Of a DNA stretch of 64,000 nucleotides, positions 32,423-42,607 are shown piece by piece. The stretch is taken from positions 128,001-192,000 of the forward strand of contig CAXXLV010000001.1 in the NCBI GenBank assembly GCA_963664305.2. Direction: 5' to 3'. Below the pieces are notes generated by a model, which was given only the letters and a program-made list of their open reading frames with translations, was not told the origin of the DNA and did not search any database. Source of the DNA: an uncultured Aliarcobacter sp. GTDB taxonomy: Bacteria; Campylobacterota; Campylobacteria; Campylobacterales; Arcobacteraceae. Numbering within the stretch: the first letter of the stretch is position 1; every line of letters begins with the position of its first letter. A program made the translations under genes and the position numbers.

Positions 32423-33639
32423 TTTAATAACTTTTCAACTTGTTGTATTAGCTTTTTTATATTAAACTCCTCAAAATTAACTACAAAACCTTTTGTATTT
32501 TTTTGAATTTGCTCAATTGCTTTTATAGTACTTTCAATTGTATAATTTGAAACAATTTGATTATTGTTTTCTAATAACTCAAAAAGTTCTCCACCATCTG
32601 AAATATGCCAAATAGTCTTTTTTAAAGCCATATAATCAAAAATTTTAGAACCAAAAGCATGGGAATTATCTAAAGAATTAATAGAAAGGCAAATATCACA
32701 CTGACTTATCTTATTATATATCTCTGATTGAGAGACTAAAGCATTAAATTCAAAATATTTTTCAATTGTTTTATAATATTTACTATTGCTAAACTTATTT
32801 AGATTGATATTTGAATATAGGACAACTTTTAAATTACTAAAAGAATTTTTTTCTAATGTTTCAGCAATTAGTTCTAAAGCTTTCATTCTTGACTGAGCAA
32901 GTCTTCCTGCATATAAAATAATAATTTCATCTTTAGAATTTATTGATGCAGTAGTTGAATAGTCATCTACATCATATCCATTATAAATAGTATTTATTTT
33001 ATTTGCACTTTCAGGATATAAATTTTGTAAATTTTTTGTCATATCTTCTGTAACACAGAGAATTTGATTTGATAATTTTACAACTTCTGTTTCTTTTTTA
33101 AGAGATGATTCCTTTGCTTTAAAAGAAGATAATGCTTTTAAGGTATAGGTTAAATTATAATTCCAAGGATCACGATAATCTACAATCATATTCAAAAAAG
33201 GATTTTCACTTTTTAATATTGCGGCAGAGTATAAAAAAGAGTGTGGAGGACCAGTAACAATAAGATTTTTAATACTGTTTTCTCTTATTAATTTATTTGC
33301 TTTTTCAAAAAAATCATCACTATTATTATCTGCAATATCTAATTTATTTAATATTTTATTTCTAAAAATAGTAACTACTTTACAAAATACTTTTTCTAAA
33401 AAAGTTTTATTTGTTTTTAGACATTTAGTAGGATATGAATCTTCAAAATAACTAATCTTTATATTCTCATGTTTTACATCATGATTCCAATTTACTAAAT
33501 CCTTATAAGGATATTTACGAGCTAATACAAATACCTCATAACCAGATAAAGCTAAATACTTTGAAAATTTTGCCCATCTTCTTGTCCCAATATTTCCCAT
33601 AGGTGGAAATTTATAAGCTACGATTAATACTTTCTTCAT
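32419..33639 (-). CDS. GT4-like glycosyltransferase
   Basis: AYKFPP, TGPPHS, DYRDPW, IYNGYD, SKIFDY. Confidence 0.8.
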   Translation of the reverse strand: MKKVLIVAYKFPPMGNIGTRRWAKFSKYLALSGYEVFVLARKYPYKDLVNWNHDVKHENIKISYFEDSYPTKCLKTNKTFLEKVFCKVVTIFRNKILNKLDIADNNSDDFFEKANKLIRENSIKNLIVTGPPHSFLYSAAILKSENPFLNMIVDYRDPWNYNLTYTLKALSSFKAKESSLKKETEVVKLSNQILCVTEDMTKNLQNLYPESANKINTIYNGYDVDDYSTTASINSKDEIIILYAGRLAQSRMKALELIAETLEKNSFSNLKVVLYSNINLNKFSNSKYYKTIEKYFEFNALVSQSEIYNKISQCDICLSINSLDNSHAFGSKIFDYMALKKTIWHISDGGELFELLENNNQIVSNYTIESTIKAIEQIQKNTKGFVVNFEEFNIKKLIQQVEKLLK

Positions 33640-35480
33640 ATCTCTTCTTTAAAAAATATTTTTTTAAACTGATTTTTATTCATATATCTAATTAACTGTT
33701 TAATTGATAAACTCATATCTAAAACTTTTGGATTGGTCTTTAAATCATTTTTGTCCATATTTGAAAGGAACCAATTTTTCAGATTACCTCTAAACCAGTA
33801 ATCCTCTGGCAATAACCACCCCATTTTATCTTTTCTCCAAACAATATTATCTGGTAATTTATTCTTAAAAGCGAGTCTTGCTATATATTTTGTCCAACCA
33901 TTATGCATTTTATAACAAGAAGGTATACTTGCTAGAAACTCTACTAAACGATAATCCATAAAAGGCATTCTTGATTCAATTGAAAATGCCATTGATGTAT
34001 GGTCAGCATAGTGAATTAATGTTACTAAAGATGAATGTAGATCAAAAGCAAGTTGTTCATTTAAATTTCTAAAAGGATACTTCTTCTTTAAAATGTTAGA
34101 TACTGTAAAAATAGTTAGTTTCTTTCCAATAATATTACTTAATAGTCCAACAAAAAAACTAACTAAAATTGTTCTTTTTGAAAAAGGCATTTTCAAAAAA
34201 GCATATGTTTCTTTAAATAAATCTATAAAACTTAAAGAGATAAAATAGTTTTTTAAATATCTACTATATCCTGCTAATTGTTCATCTGCTCCTTGTCCAT
34301 CTAATGTTACTTTAACATTAGTAGAAGATACAAGTTTAAAAGTATGCCAGCTTGACATAAGAGTTGTTTCTGGTGGATTTTCCATCATATATATAACTTT
34401 TTTATATTCAGAAGGGATATTTTTTTCTAATGGTTCTATTTGATTAGAATTTACATTTAAAAATTCTGCGATTTCATTTATAAACTCACTTTCATCACAA
34501 TGTTGAGTTCCTGAAGTATGATATATGCTTGAAAAAGTTTCTTGAAGTTCCTCATTCCCTTGCTCTTTTAATAGCTTGTTTACTAAATAAACTATTGAAC
34601 TACTATCTAATCCTCCAGATAAAGCAGAACCAATTTTAACATCTGCTCTTAATCTTACTCTAACTGCATCTTCTAGTAAAAGATAATACTTTTCAGCATA
34701 TTCTTTTGCTTTTTCTAAACTAAACTTTTCTACTGAAAGGTTAGGTTTAATTTCCCAAAACTTTTTTATTTGGAAATTAAAAAATAGTTCATCAATTGTT
34801 CCTAAAAAATAAGATGAGAAATCAAAACGATATATATTTTTAAAAGCTGTTTCTTTTAAATATTCTTTAGGACCTTCTTTTATATAACTATTTAAATAAG
34901 ATTCATTTTCTCTTTTTAAAACTGAAGGATGCTCTAAAATTGACTTTATCTCAGAAGCAAAAATAAAGTTATTTTCATCTTTATAATAATATAAAGGTTT
35001 TATTCCAAACCTATCTCTTGATATAAAAAATTTCTCTTCTAAAGTATCATAAAGAACAAAAGACCACATTCCATTAAATTTATTAAGACAATCTTCTTTC
35101 CATGCATCATAAGAAGCAATTATTACTTCTGTATCTGTATTATTAGAGAAATCATATCCTAAAGAGACAAGTTCTGATTTTAATTCTAAGAAATTGTATA
35201 TTTCTCCATTATATACAATCCAATATCTATCTTGATAACTCATAGGCTGATGTCCAGCAGTTGATAAATCTTGAATAGATAATCTTCTATGTGCAAAAGA
35301 AAAGTTTATATTAGATTCGATAAATTCTATTTTATCAGAAGATATATTATTAGTACAATTTCCTGCAATTAAATAACCTTCATCATTAGGACCTCTATGA
35401 TGAATTTTATCATTCATTTTTTTTATAGTATTTATATCTATTAATTCATTTCTTTGAATAATCCCTACTATTCCACACAT
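33636..35480 (-). CDS. asnB: Asparagine synthase-like amidotransferase (sugar amidation, WbpS-like)
   Basis: N-terminal MCGI, HRGPND, HRRLSI, NGEIYN, LSGGLDSS, GQGADE. Confidence 0.9.
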   Translation of the reverse strand: MCGIVGIIQRNELIDINTIKKMNDKIHHRGPNDEGYLIAGNCTNNISSDKIEFIESNINFSFAHRRLSIQDLSTAGHQPMSYQDRYWIVYNGEIYNFLELKSELVSLGYDFSNNTDTEVIIASYDAWKEDCLNKFNGMWSFVLYDTLEEKFFISRDRFGIKPLYYYKDENNFIFASEIKSILEHPSVLKRENESYLNSYIKEGPKEYLKETAFKNIYRFDFSSYFLGTIDELFFNFQIKKFWEIKPNLSVEKFSLEKAKEYAEKYYLLLEDAVRVRLRADVKIGSALSGGLDSSSIVYLVNKLLKEQGNEELQETFSSIYHTSGTQHCDESEFINEIAEFLNVNSNQIEPLEKNIPSEYKKVIYMMENPPETTLMSSWHTFKLVSSTNVKVTLDGQGADEQLAGYSRYLKNYFISLSFIDLFKETYAFLKMPFSKRTILVSFFVGLLSNIIGKKLTIFTVSNILKKKYPFRNLNEQLAFDLHSSLVTLIHYADHTSMAFSIESRMPFMDYRLVEFLASIPSCYKMHNGWTKYIARLAFKNKLPDNIVWRKDKMGWLLPEDYWFRGNLKNWFLSNMDKNDLKTNPKVLDMSLSIKQLIRYMNKNQFKKIFFKEEI

Positions 35481-36739
35481 TAAATACTTTCCTTAATATT
35501 TTTTACCTTGATATCAAACTTTATGTTTAATTTATTTTCTAACTCTTCCATATTTGAATAAGAAAACTTTCCATATTCAGCTAAAATTTTTTTTCTATAA
35601 AAATATTTTAACTCTTTTTTATCATTTTCATTAAAATAAAAATAGGTCTCATAATCTTGATTCAATCTATCATAAAAAGTAGAAGAAGCATAGGTAACTG
35701 CTACTTCTGCTTCACTTAAACTTGAAACATTTTCATCACTTGTAGGACAATGGATATACTCACTACTTTCATAGTAAGGAGGTATTATTTGATAATTATT
35801 AAATAATTTCTTTTCAAAAGGATGAAGATATACACATAAATGTAACTTATTTAATGTTGCGTAACTTTTTAAAAATGTGATAATTTCATTTATCTTTTTC
35901 CATCTACTATTATCAATATATTTACTTTCTTTAATTCCTTCAATATCATTTGTCTGTTTTAGTCCATCTATTCTTGCCCACTCTCCTGAAGAATAAAATG
36001 CTAAATCATATTTAAAATTACTAACATTTTTATATTCAATATTCATTTCATTTCCCCATAATTGGACAGAAGTATTTTCCAATTTCAACCATTTTATTTT
36101 TTTGTAATATTCAAATTCTTTTAATTGTCCTTTACTACATAATATAATTGTAGTATTTCTATAACAATCATATCTACATGTATTATAAACATAAGAACTA
36201 GACCAACAATAAAAAAAGTTAATACTTTTATCTCTTAATGTAACATACAATAGTAGTAATATATGTTCTAATTTTTGAACATTAAATAGATATACATTTT
36301 TTCTTTTTGAATTAAATAAATTAAAGGTATTCATTGAAAATGAAATTAAAAAATTAAAATTTATTTTCTGACTAAAATACAAAAGCAGAAAAGGAATAAT
36401 TAGCCATAAAGAAAAATAGATTAAAATAAATATAAAAAAACTATAAAAAGAGTTTATTAATATACCTTGAGTATAAACAATATTATCAATTTCTAAAGGT
36501 TCATCTATATATTTATTGATAAATTGACTTCTTTCAATACCTTTTTTATCGATATAAATATTTTCATTTTTATTAAATTGTTTAAATTTTACATATTTCA
36601 AAGTAATAAAAAGAACATAAATATATCTTAAAATATTAAACTGTTTTTTAGGAATAGATTTTGTCAAAATAATCTTGTATAACCTGACTTTATTTATACC
36701 AAATAATTTTTTAATCAATATTTGTACTATTTTATTCAA
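35480..36739 (-). CDS. Hypothetical protein, candidate nonulosonic acid transferase
   Basis: Directly follows the Pse genes; YLHP and YASST motifs reminiscent of GT-B sialyltransferases; one hydrophobic segment. Confidence 0.45.
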   Translation of the reverse strand: MNKIVQILIKKLFGINKVRLYKIILTKSIPKKQFNILRYIYVLFITLKYVKFKQFNKNENIYIDKKGIERSQFINKYIDEPLEIDNIVYTQGILINSFYSFFIFILIYFSLWLIIPFLLLYFSQKINFNFLISFSMNTFNLFNSKRKNVYLFNVQKLEHILLLLYVTLRDKSINFFYCWSSSYVYNTCRYDCYRNTTIILCSKGQLKEFEYYKKIKWLKLENTSVQLWGNEMNIEYKNVSNFKYDLAFYSSGEWARIDGLKQTNDIEGIKESKYIDNSRWKKINEIITFLKSYATLNKLHLCVYLHPFEKKLFNNYQIIPPYYESSEYIHCPTSDENVSSLSEAEVAVTYASSTFYDRLNQDYETYFYFNENDKKELKYFYRKKILAEYGKFSYSNMEELENKLNIKFDIKVKNIKESI

Positions 36740-36772
36740 AAACTTTCCTATTTAATCTTGATAAGTAATTTT

Positions 36773-36816
36773 ATTTAAAAATAAGTTTATTTTAATACCC
36801 AAACTTATTTTTAAAT
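36773..36816 (-). terminator. Hairpin closing the Pse block
   Basis: ATTTAAAAATAAGTTT / AAACTTATTTTTAAAT perfect 16-bp arms. Confidence 0.6.
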
Positions 36817-36831
36817 TAATGTAGCATAGAA

Positions 36832-37455
36832 TTAACTCTTTTTCTTTAGTAAGAACCATGTAATATCATCTTGGGGGAAGTTATTATCTCTATGATATAC
36901 AAATCCATAATCAACTAGCTCTAAATCATTATATTTTTCTAACATTTCGCCTGCAAAATCTCTTTTAAATAATTTATTACTATGTCCTCTATAACCTATT
37001 GTTACAGGACTTGGATTATAATACTCAGCAATTAAAATATACTTATTTGAAGTTTCATATAATTTTTCATACACTGTTTGTAAAAAATCGGGATTTATAT
37101 GAATTAATACACCTTTTATAAAAACAAAATCTCTTTTTCTATCAGGTTCAAAGTTTAAAATAGACTCATGGTAAATTTTATTAATGAAATCATGTTTTTC
37201 TAACTCTGCAACTGCATTTTTATTAATTTCAATTGCTGAAATATCTATTGAATTAAATAATTTACTTATTGCATGTAAATTCAATCCAATATTAGAACCA
37301 AATTCGATTACACTCTTAACATCATCACATTTTTTAAATATACTACTAAATAAAGGAATATTATTTTTTATTAAATCCTTATTATTTCTTGCTATATATT
37401 CATTTCCCCATTCTTCTGATGCCCAAAATTCTTCTTGTTCTGTTTTATACTTCAC
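36832..37455 (-). CDS. Pseudaminic acid biosynthesis-associated methyltransferase
   Basis: YKTEQEEFW, EFGSNIGLNL SAM motif, KGVLIHINP, YRGH...LFKRDFAGE. Confidence 0.85.
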   Translation of the reverse strand: MKYKTEQEEFWASEEWGNEYIARNNKDLIKNNIPLFSSIFKKCDDVKSVIEFGSNIGLNLHAISKLFNSIDISAIEINKNAVAELEKHDFINKIYHESILNFEPDRKRDFVFIKGVLIHINPDFLQTVYEKLYETSNKYILIAEYYNPSPVTIGYRGHSNKLFKRDFAGEMLEKYNDLELVDYGFVYHRDNNFPQDDITWFLLKKKS

Positions 37456-38491
37456 TATTTTCTCCTATTAAATTTAATCTATCTGCGAATTTATAATCTT
37501 TCTCTGCTTTTTTACCTAAAATAGTTTTTAGATATTTCGGAGGTAAACCATAACCAGGTCTTACACTTTTTATATTATCTTCAGTAAAGACTTCACCTTT
37601 TTTTATATCTTTAGAGACATATAAACTTCTTGCGAATTGTCTTGAGTTTTTCTTTTTTTCAGTTAAAGTATAATCTACTTTTCCTATCAGCTTTTCTGCT
37701 TGTCTTACTGCTGCTATCATCTCTTTAAATTCTTCTTTATCTAAAGAAAAGTCACAATCAGGACCACCAATAGATTTATCCAAAATAAAATGTTTTTCAA
37801 TCACTTTAGCACCTAAAGTAGTTGCTACAATAGGAGCAGTAATACCTAAAGTATGATCAGAAAAACCTGCTATTACACCAAATGTTTCTTTAAGATTAGG
37901 AATCATTGCTAAGTTTGCATCTTCTAGTAAAGCAGGATAAGCACTGGTACATTTTAATAAAACAATATTATTATTTCCTACTTTTCTACAAATATTTACC
38001 ACATCTTGTATTTCATCAATTGTTGCTATCCCTGTCGAAATAATTATAGGCTTTCCTTTTGATGCGGTATATTCAATAAGGTTATAATCAGTTATTTCAA
38101 ATGAGGCAATTTTATATGCGATAGGATTAAATTGTTCTAAAAAATCTACTGCTATTTTATCAAAAGGAGATGAAAAAATATCAATATCAATACTTTTTGC
38201 ATAATCAAAAAGCTCTTTATGCCATTCCCAAGGAGTTAAAGCTTCACTATAAAGTTCATACATAGATTTATTATCCCAAAGTGTTCCACCTTTTATAATA
38301 AAATCATCTCTTTTACTATTTAATGTTAAAGTATCAGCTGTATATGTTTGAAGTTTAATTGCATTTGCACCAATATCTTTTGCTGCTTTTATTGTTTCTT
38401 TAGCTAAATCAATATTACCACCATGATTAGCACTAAGCTCTGCAATAATATAAGTAGAACTACTTGATAAATCAAAGTTACCAATTTTCAT
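37445..38491 (-). CDS. pseI: Pseudaminic acid synthase
   Basis: IAELSANH, IKLQTYTADTLT, KIASFEITD, SDHTLG, IEKHF, C-terminal SAF (RPGYGL). Confidence 0.9.
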   Translation of the reverse strand: MKIGNFDLSSSSTYIIAELSANHGGNIDLAKETIKAAKDIGANAIKLQTYTADTLTLNSKRDDFIIKGGTLWDNKSMYELYSEALTPWEWHKELFDYAKSIDIDIFSSPFDKIAVDFLEQFNPIAYKIASFEITDYNLIEYTASKGKPIIISTGIATIDEIQDVVNICRKVGNNNIVLLKCTSAYPALLEDANLAMIPNLKETFGVIAGFSDHTLGITAPIVATTLGAKVIEKHFILDKSIGGPDCDFSLDKEEFKEMIAAVRQAEKLIGKVDYTLTEKKKNSRQFARSLYVSKDIKKGEVFTEDNIKSVRPGYGLPPKYLKTILGKKAEKDYKFADRLNLIGENSEV

Positions 38492-39117
38492 TTACTTGCC
38501 TCTTCTATTTTTAAAATATATTTTTTCCCTTCTTTATAAAAAAAAGCAGGATAACTGTCATTATCAACTATTCTTAAAAGATTAAATTGTTGATCAATAC
38601 TTTTATGTATATCTAATTCACTATCTTTACTATCTCTTTTTTCATAAAAAGTTTCAATACCTTCTTGTTTTACAGGTTTTTTATATTCATCATATTTATC
38701 TAAAAAATCTATGCACATCTCTATTATAAAACTTGCTTGCTTTCTTCTTAGTTCTTCATTTAACTCAAAACCTGTTAAAGAAAGAGTTTTTTTCATATAA
38801 ATATCTCCGTTATCCACTCCAGAAGAAGCTTCAAACATAGAAAAAACAATATTGTTTTTTCCTTCTAAAATTTGCCAAAACATAGGAGCCCAACCTTTAC
38901 CTAACGGTAAATCACTAGCGTGAATCACAATATTATGTTTGGATAATAGATATTCTTTTGGTATTATTCTATGATAACTTAAGATAAATATTACATCATA
39001 TGAAGACTCTATTTCTTCATGCCTAAAAAACAAGCTTGCATTTTTAAGTATATTCTGTAACTCTTTAGCATAATCAATAAACCATTGATTTTCTGAAGTT
39101 AAAATAGCAACTTTCAA
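38488..39117 (-). CDS. Formyltransferase-family protein (probable sugar N-formyltransferase)
   Basis: IHASDLP.GKGWAP..WQIL, VDNGDIY, FNLLRIVDN..YPAFF; Fmt-like fold. Confidence 0.78.
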   Translation of the reverse strand: MKVAILTSENQWFIDYAKELQNILKNASLFFRHEEIESSYDVIFILSYHRIIPKEYLLSKHNIVIHASDLPLGKGWAPMFWQILEGKNNIVFSMFEASSGVDNGDIYMKKTLSLTGFELNEELRRKQASFIIEMCIDFLDKYDEYKKPVKQEGIETFYEKRDSKDSELDIHKSIDQQFNLLRIVDNDSYPAFFYKEGKKYILKIEEASK

Positions 39118-39119
39118 TA

Positions 39120-39833
39120 TTATTCCTTATTTTCTATTAATGATAAAATTTCTTTTGCAATAAAAAAATGACCTATTTCATTAATATGCATTCCATCAGC
39201 TAATAATGCATCTTGATTTGATTTTGTAAATTCATATAAATCTATAATATATATATTCTCATAATCTTTTTTTAATTTATTAAATATTTCATTGTATTTA
39301 TCTATATTATATAATATATTTGTATATTCATTTTGAACAGTTAATGAAGGGTATGCTATATTAATAAAAAATATTTTTTCACAATTTGAAGTTTTGTTTA
39401 TATTATCAATAATTTTTTTTAAATTTTTTTCAAATTCATCTATTTCAACCATAACATTTTTACGAATTTTTGTTAGGAACTTTCTTTTTTTTCCTAAATA
39501 AGATACAAACTTCTGAACAATTTTTCCTACTAAAGGAAAAAAAGTTAAAAATTCAAATATTTTTTTCTCATATTTATTAAAAATTCTAGGTGCACAATCT
39601 ACTATACCCAATTGAATAATATAAACATTAGCATTTGTAGCTAAAATATGATTATTTATTGCACTTGAAGAAGAACAAGTTCTTGATGTATTAGAAGGTG
39701 TTCCATAATTAATAACATATACATTATCTAATGAATTTTGTAAAAAATACTGATATATATTTTCTAATTGTATATTCTCTAAAAATCTTATTTGACTTAG
39801 AGAATCACCTATAATAACAACTTTTTTATTCAA
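39120..39833 (-). CDS. SGNH/GDSL hydrolase-family protein
   Basis: IIGDSLS block I, QLGIVD, DGMH block V. Confidence 0.78.
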   Translation of the reverse strand: MNKKVVIIGDSLSQIRFLENIQLENIYQYFLQNSLDNVYVINYGTPSNTSRTCSSSSAINNHILATNANVYIIQLGIVDCAPRIFNKYEKKIFEFLTFFPLVGKIVQKFVSYLGKKRKFLTKIRKNVMVEIDEFEKNLKKIIDNINKTSNCEKIFFINIAYPSLTVQNEYTNILYNIDKYNEIFNKLKKDYENIYIIDLYEFTKSNQDALLADGMHINEIGHFFIAKEILSLIENKE

Positions 39834-39891
39834 CTAATCCCCCGTATAAATTTATATAATAACATAAACTCTATTAAAATTTATTATTATT

Positions 39892-40830
39892 TTAGTTTTT
39901 GAACCTAAATACTTTTCTATGATTTTTTTTATTAATAATTAATTTTTTTATATAAAGAGATAATTTATTTCTATTAAACCTTTTTATTGCAAAAAAATTC
40001 TTTTTTCTTACATAGTTAAATATTTCTTTTTGATTATCTGCTGTTTTAATGGCTATAAAAGGTATTTCTAAAAAGAAAACTTCGTTTAATATTACACTTG
40101 GAGTTACAATTGCAATATGACTTTTTTTTATAATTTTTGCAATCTGATTTGAATTTACATATAAATTAATCCATTTTTTATTCTTACAATATTGTATCAA
40201 TTCATTTAGATTTTTATTTGCATTAGTTGTTACAAGATTAACTTCTATCTTTTTAAATTTACTTAATACTTCTAATATTTTAATATTAATATTACTATGA
40301 TCTGCACCACCCATTCCAATAAATACTTCAATATTAGTACTTTTATAGATTTTCTTTTTTTCTGAAATAAATTCTTCTCTTAAAAGAGTATATTTACTTC
40401 CACACCTGAGTTCACAATTTGGAGGTACTAAATTCTTATATTTACTTTCTTTTGCATTTATATTATGATTTAATAAAATATCACAATAGTGTTTTTCATA
40501 AGTATCATCAAAAGAGAGTATTATTAAATGTGGAAAAATAAGTTTTAATTCTTTTTCAAAGTTAAAATCAATTCCATAATGGTCAATTATAAGTAAATCA
40601 ATTTTCAATTCAATAATTAAATCTTTTAATTTAGAAAAACTATTATCTTCTAAAACTTTTAAGATATAACCTTCTTTTATAATTTTATAATTTAAATTTC
40701 CAATTAAATCACATGCCGCAAAAAAAATAGTATTATTTTCTGTTTTATATTTAGAAGCTAATACTAAATCTCTCATTAAATGTCCAGACCCAATATAAGA
40801 AGAGGAATCTGAACGAAAAAGAATATTCAT
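39892..40830 (-). CDS. pseG: UDP-sugar hydrolase PseG
   Basis: FRSDSS..IGSGHLMRDL, IDHY, MGGAD, ADNQ. Confidence 0.88.
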   Translation of the reverse strand: MNILFRSDSSSYIGSGHLMRDLVLASKYKTENNTIFFAACDLIGNLNYKIIKEGYILKVLEDNSFSKLKDLIIELKIDLLIIDHYGIDFNFEKELKLIFPHLIILSFDDTYEKHYCDILLNHNINAKESKYKNLVPPNCELRCGSKYTLLREEFISEKKKIYKSTNIEVFIGMGGADHSNINIKILEVLSKFKKIEVNLVTTNANKNLNELIQYCKNKKWINLYVNSNQIAKIIKKSHIAIVTPSVILNEVFFLEIPFIAIKTADNQKEIFNYVRKKNFFAIKRFNRNKLSLYIKKLIINKKNHRKVFRFKN

Positions 40831-40831
40831 C

Positions 40832-42607
40832 CTACTTTTCTTTAATTTTTGTGTATAAATTTAAATCATTTATTAATTTTTCATCAGTTTTATATTTTAA
40901 AGTAAGATGAGAATTTAAACTTGAGATTTCATTATTTTTATCTAAAAAATCAAAAAGTCTTTCTAATGAAAACTCTAAATTATTTTCACTAAAATACTCT
41001 TCTATTTTATTAAACATAAGTAAATCTTCATCATAATCTAGAGTTAGTCTGTAATCTCTAACTAAATTACTTGGTAACTCAACAAAATTTAAATGGAAAT
41101 ACTCTGCATTATTTTGAAAATACCATGTCATATATTCTGAATACTTTGCATTAGGAAAATATTTTTTAACTTTTTTTAGTGCACTTGTATTAATAATTTC
41201 TAGATTTGTTCCTACTGCTGCATCTTTTGCCGTTGTATAATCTGCTCCTAATTTAAAATGTTCTGCTAATAGAAAATCAAAAATCTCTGAACTTATATAA
41301 GGCATATCTGCTGTAATTCTTACAATTACATCTATTTTTAAAGTATCAATTACATCTAAATATCTTTTGATTACATCGTCTGGATCACCTGTATGGAAAA
41401 CCACACTACTATTGTATGTATAGTTTGATAATTCTTTATCTTGTTCATTATCTGAAGTAGCTAAAATTACATGATTTAAGTTATCAAACTTCATTGTATT
41501 TTTTAAACACAATTCAACTGAAGATAAATCTCCAATTTTTAAAAGTGCTTTTTGAGGTAATCTTGTTGACTTTAAACGACAAGCAATTACTGCTGCAATA
41601 TTAGCTTTTTTAAAATCTTCTTTCTTTAAAGTTTCATTTTCACTTTTATCAGTATTTAAAATATGATATGTTTTTAATAACTCTTTTATTTCATGAGATA
41701 ATAAACCTTTTTTATTTGTTCTTCTAAAAATAATATCTTCATCAAAATTAATTAAACTATATTTTTCTTTTTTTGATTTTAAAATAGGAACTTGATAAGT
41801 TGTATTAATATAGTTTTTTTCTGCTTCATTTAAAAAAGGGCTATCTAATAAACTATAATATTTTTTTTGTTTTCCAATCAAATTTTTATAATCAGAAATT
41901 ACAACACTAGAAAAATGATCATATTTTGTTTCTAATTGACTATGCATAATATGTTTCTCAATATAATTTGCACCATTCATCATTGCAATTAAAGGTAAAA
42001 GAATTGCATCTTCGTCTTTTCCATTTATATGGTCTGCAAAAACAATTTTATTAGCGTAGTTTTCTTTTAAGTAGCTGATTTTTGATAAACCTGAGTCTTC
42101 TAATTTTGTAGGATAAGCTTGAAAACCTACTTCAAGAAGAATTTCATTTGAGTTTAAAGAATTAAATCTATTTAAAATACTATCAATATCTTCTTTTTCT
42201 CTACCAGCTATATTAATAATTAATTTCTGAGAAGATAAATCTATTTTTTGTAATTCTTTAAAAATAATATTATTATCTAAAATAGATGTTTGTAACTTAA
42301 TTCCCTTTACTTTACTTAAGTTCTCTTTTATTATTTCAATACCATATTCATCAAATAGATCAATCCATACATCTTTTGTTTCAAAAGCTTTGTCAATTAT
42401 TTTTTTCCACTCATCTTTATTAAAAAACAATTCTGTATATACCTGATACCATTCATAATCTTCAGTTGCGATAGTGTTATATTTAAATGGCTGAAATTTT
42501 ATTCCAAAGTTATCTTCTTTTTTAAATTCTTCATACTCTTTTAATAAAGAAAATAAATAGTTTATATCTCCTGCATGAGTATTTGCTACTTCTAAAATAT
42601 TATACAT
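40832..42607 (-). CDS. Fusion of divergent NeuB-family synthase (+SAF) and SpsF/PseF-type cytidylyltransferase
   Basis: N-half EVANTHAGD, IKFQ, AYPT, FADH, IEKH; C-half IACRLKSTRLPQK, RITADMP, RLTLDYDED. Confidence 0.8.
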   Translation of the reverse strand: MYNILEVANTHAGDINYLFSLLKEYEEFKKEDNFGIKFQPFKYNTIATEDYEWYQVYTELFFNKDEWKKIIDKAFETKDVWIDLFDEYGIEIIKENLSKVKGIKLQTSILDNNIIFKELQKIDLSSQKLIINIAGREKEDIDSILNRFNSLNSNEILLEVGFQAYPTKLEDSGLSKISYLKENYANKIVFADHINGKDEDAILLPLIAMMNGANYIEKHIMHSQLETKYDHFSSVVISDYKNLIGKQKKYYSLLDSPFLNEAEKNYINTTYQVPILKSKKEKYSLINFDEDIIFRRTNKKGLLSHEIKELLKTYHILNTDKSENETLKKEDFKKANIAAVIACRLKSTRLPQKALLKIGDLSSVELCLKNTMKFDNLNHVILATSDNEQDKELSNYTYNSSVVFHTGDPDDVIKRYLDVIDTLKIDVIVRITADMPYISSEIFDFLLAEHFKLGADYTTAKDAAVGTNLEIINTSALKKVKKYFPNAKYSEYMTWYFQNNAEYFHLNFVELPSNLVRDYRLTLDYDEDLLMFNKIEEYFSENNLEFSLERLFDFLDKNNEISSLNSHLTLKYKTDEKLINDLNLYTKIKEK

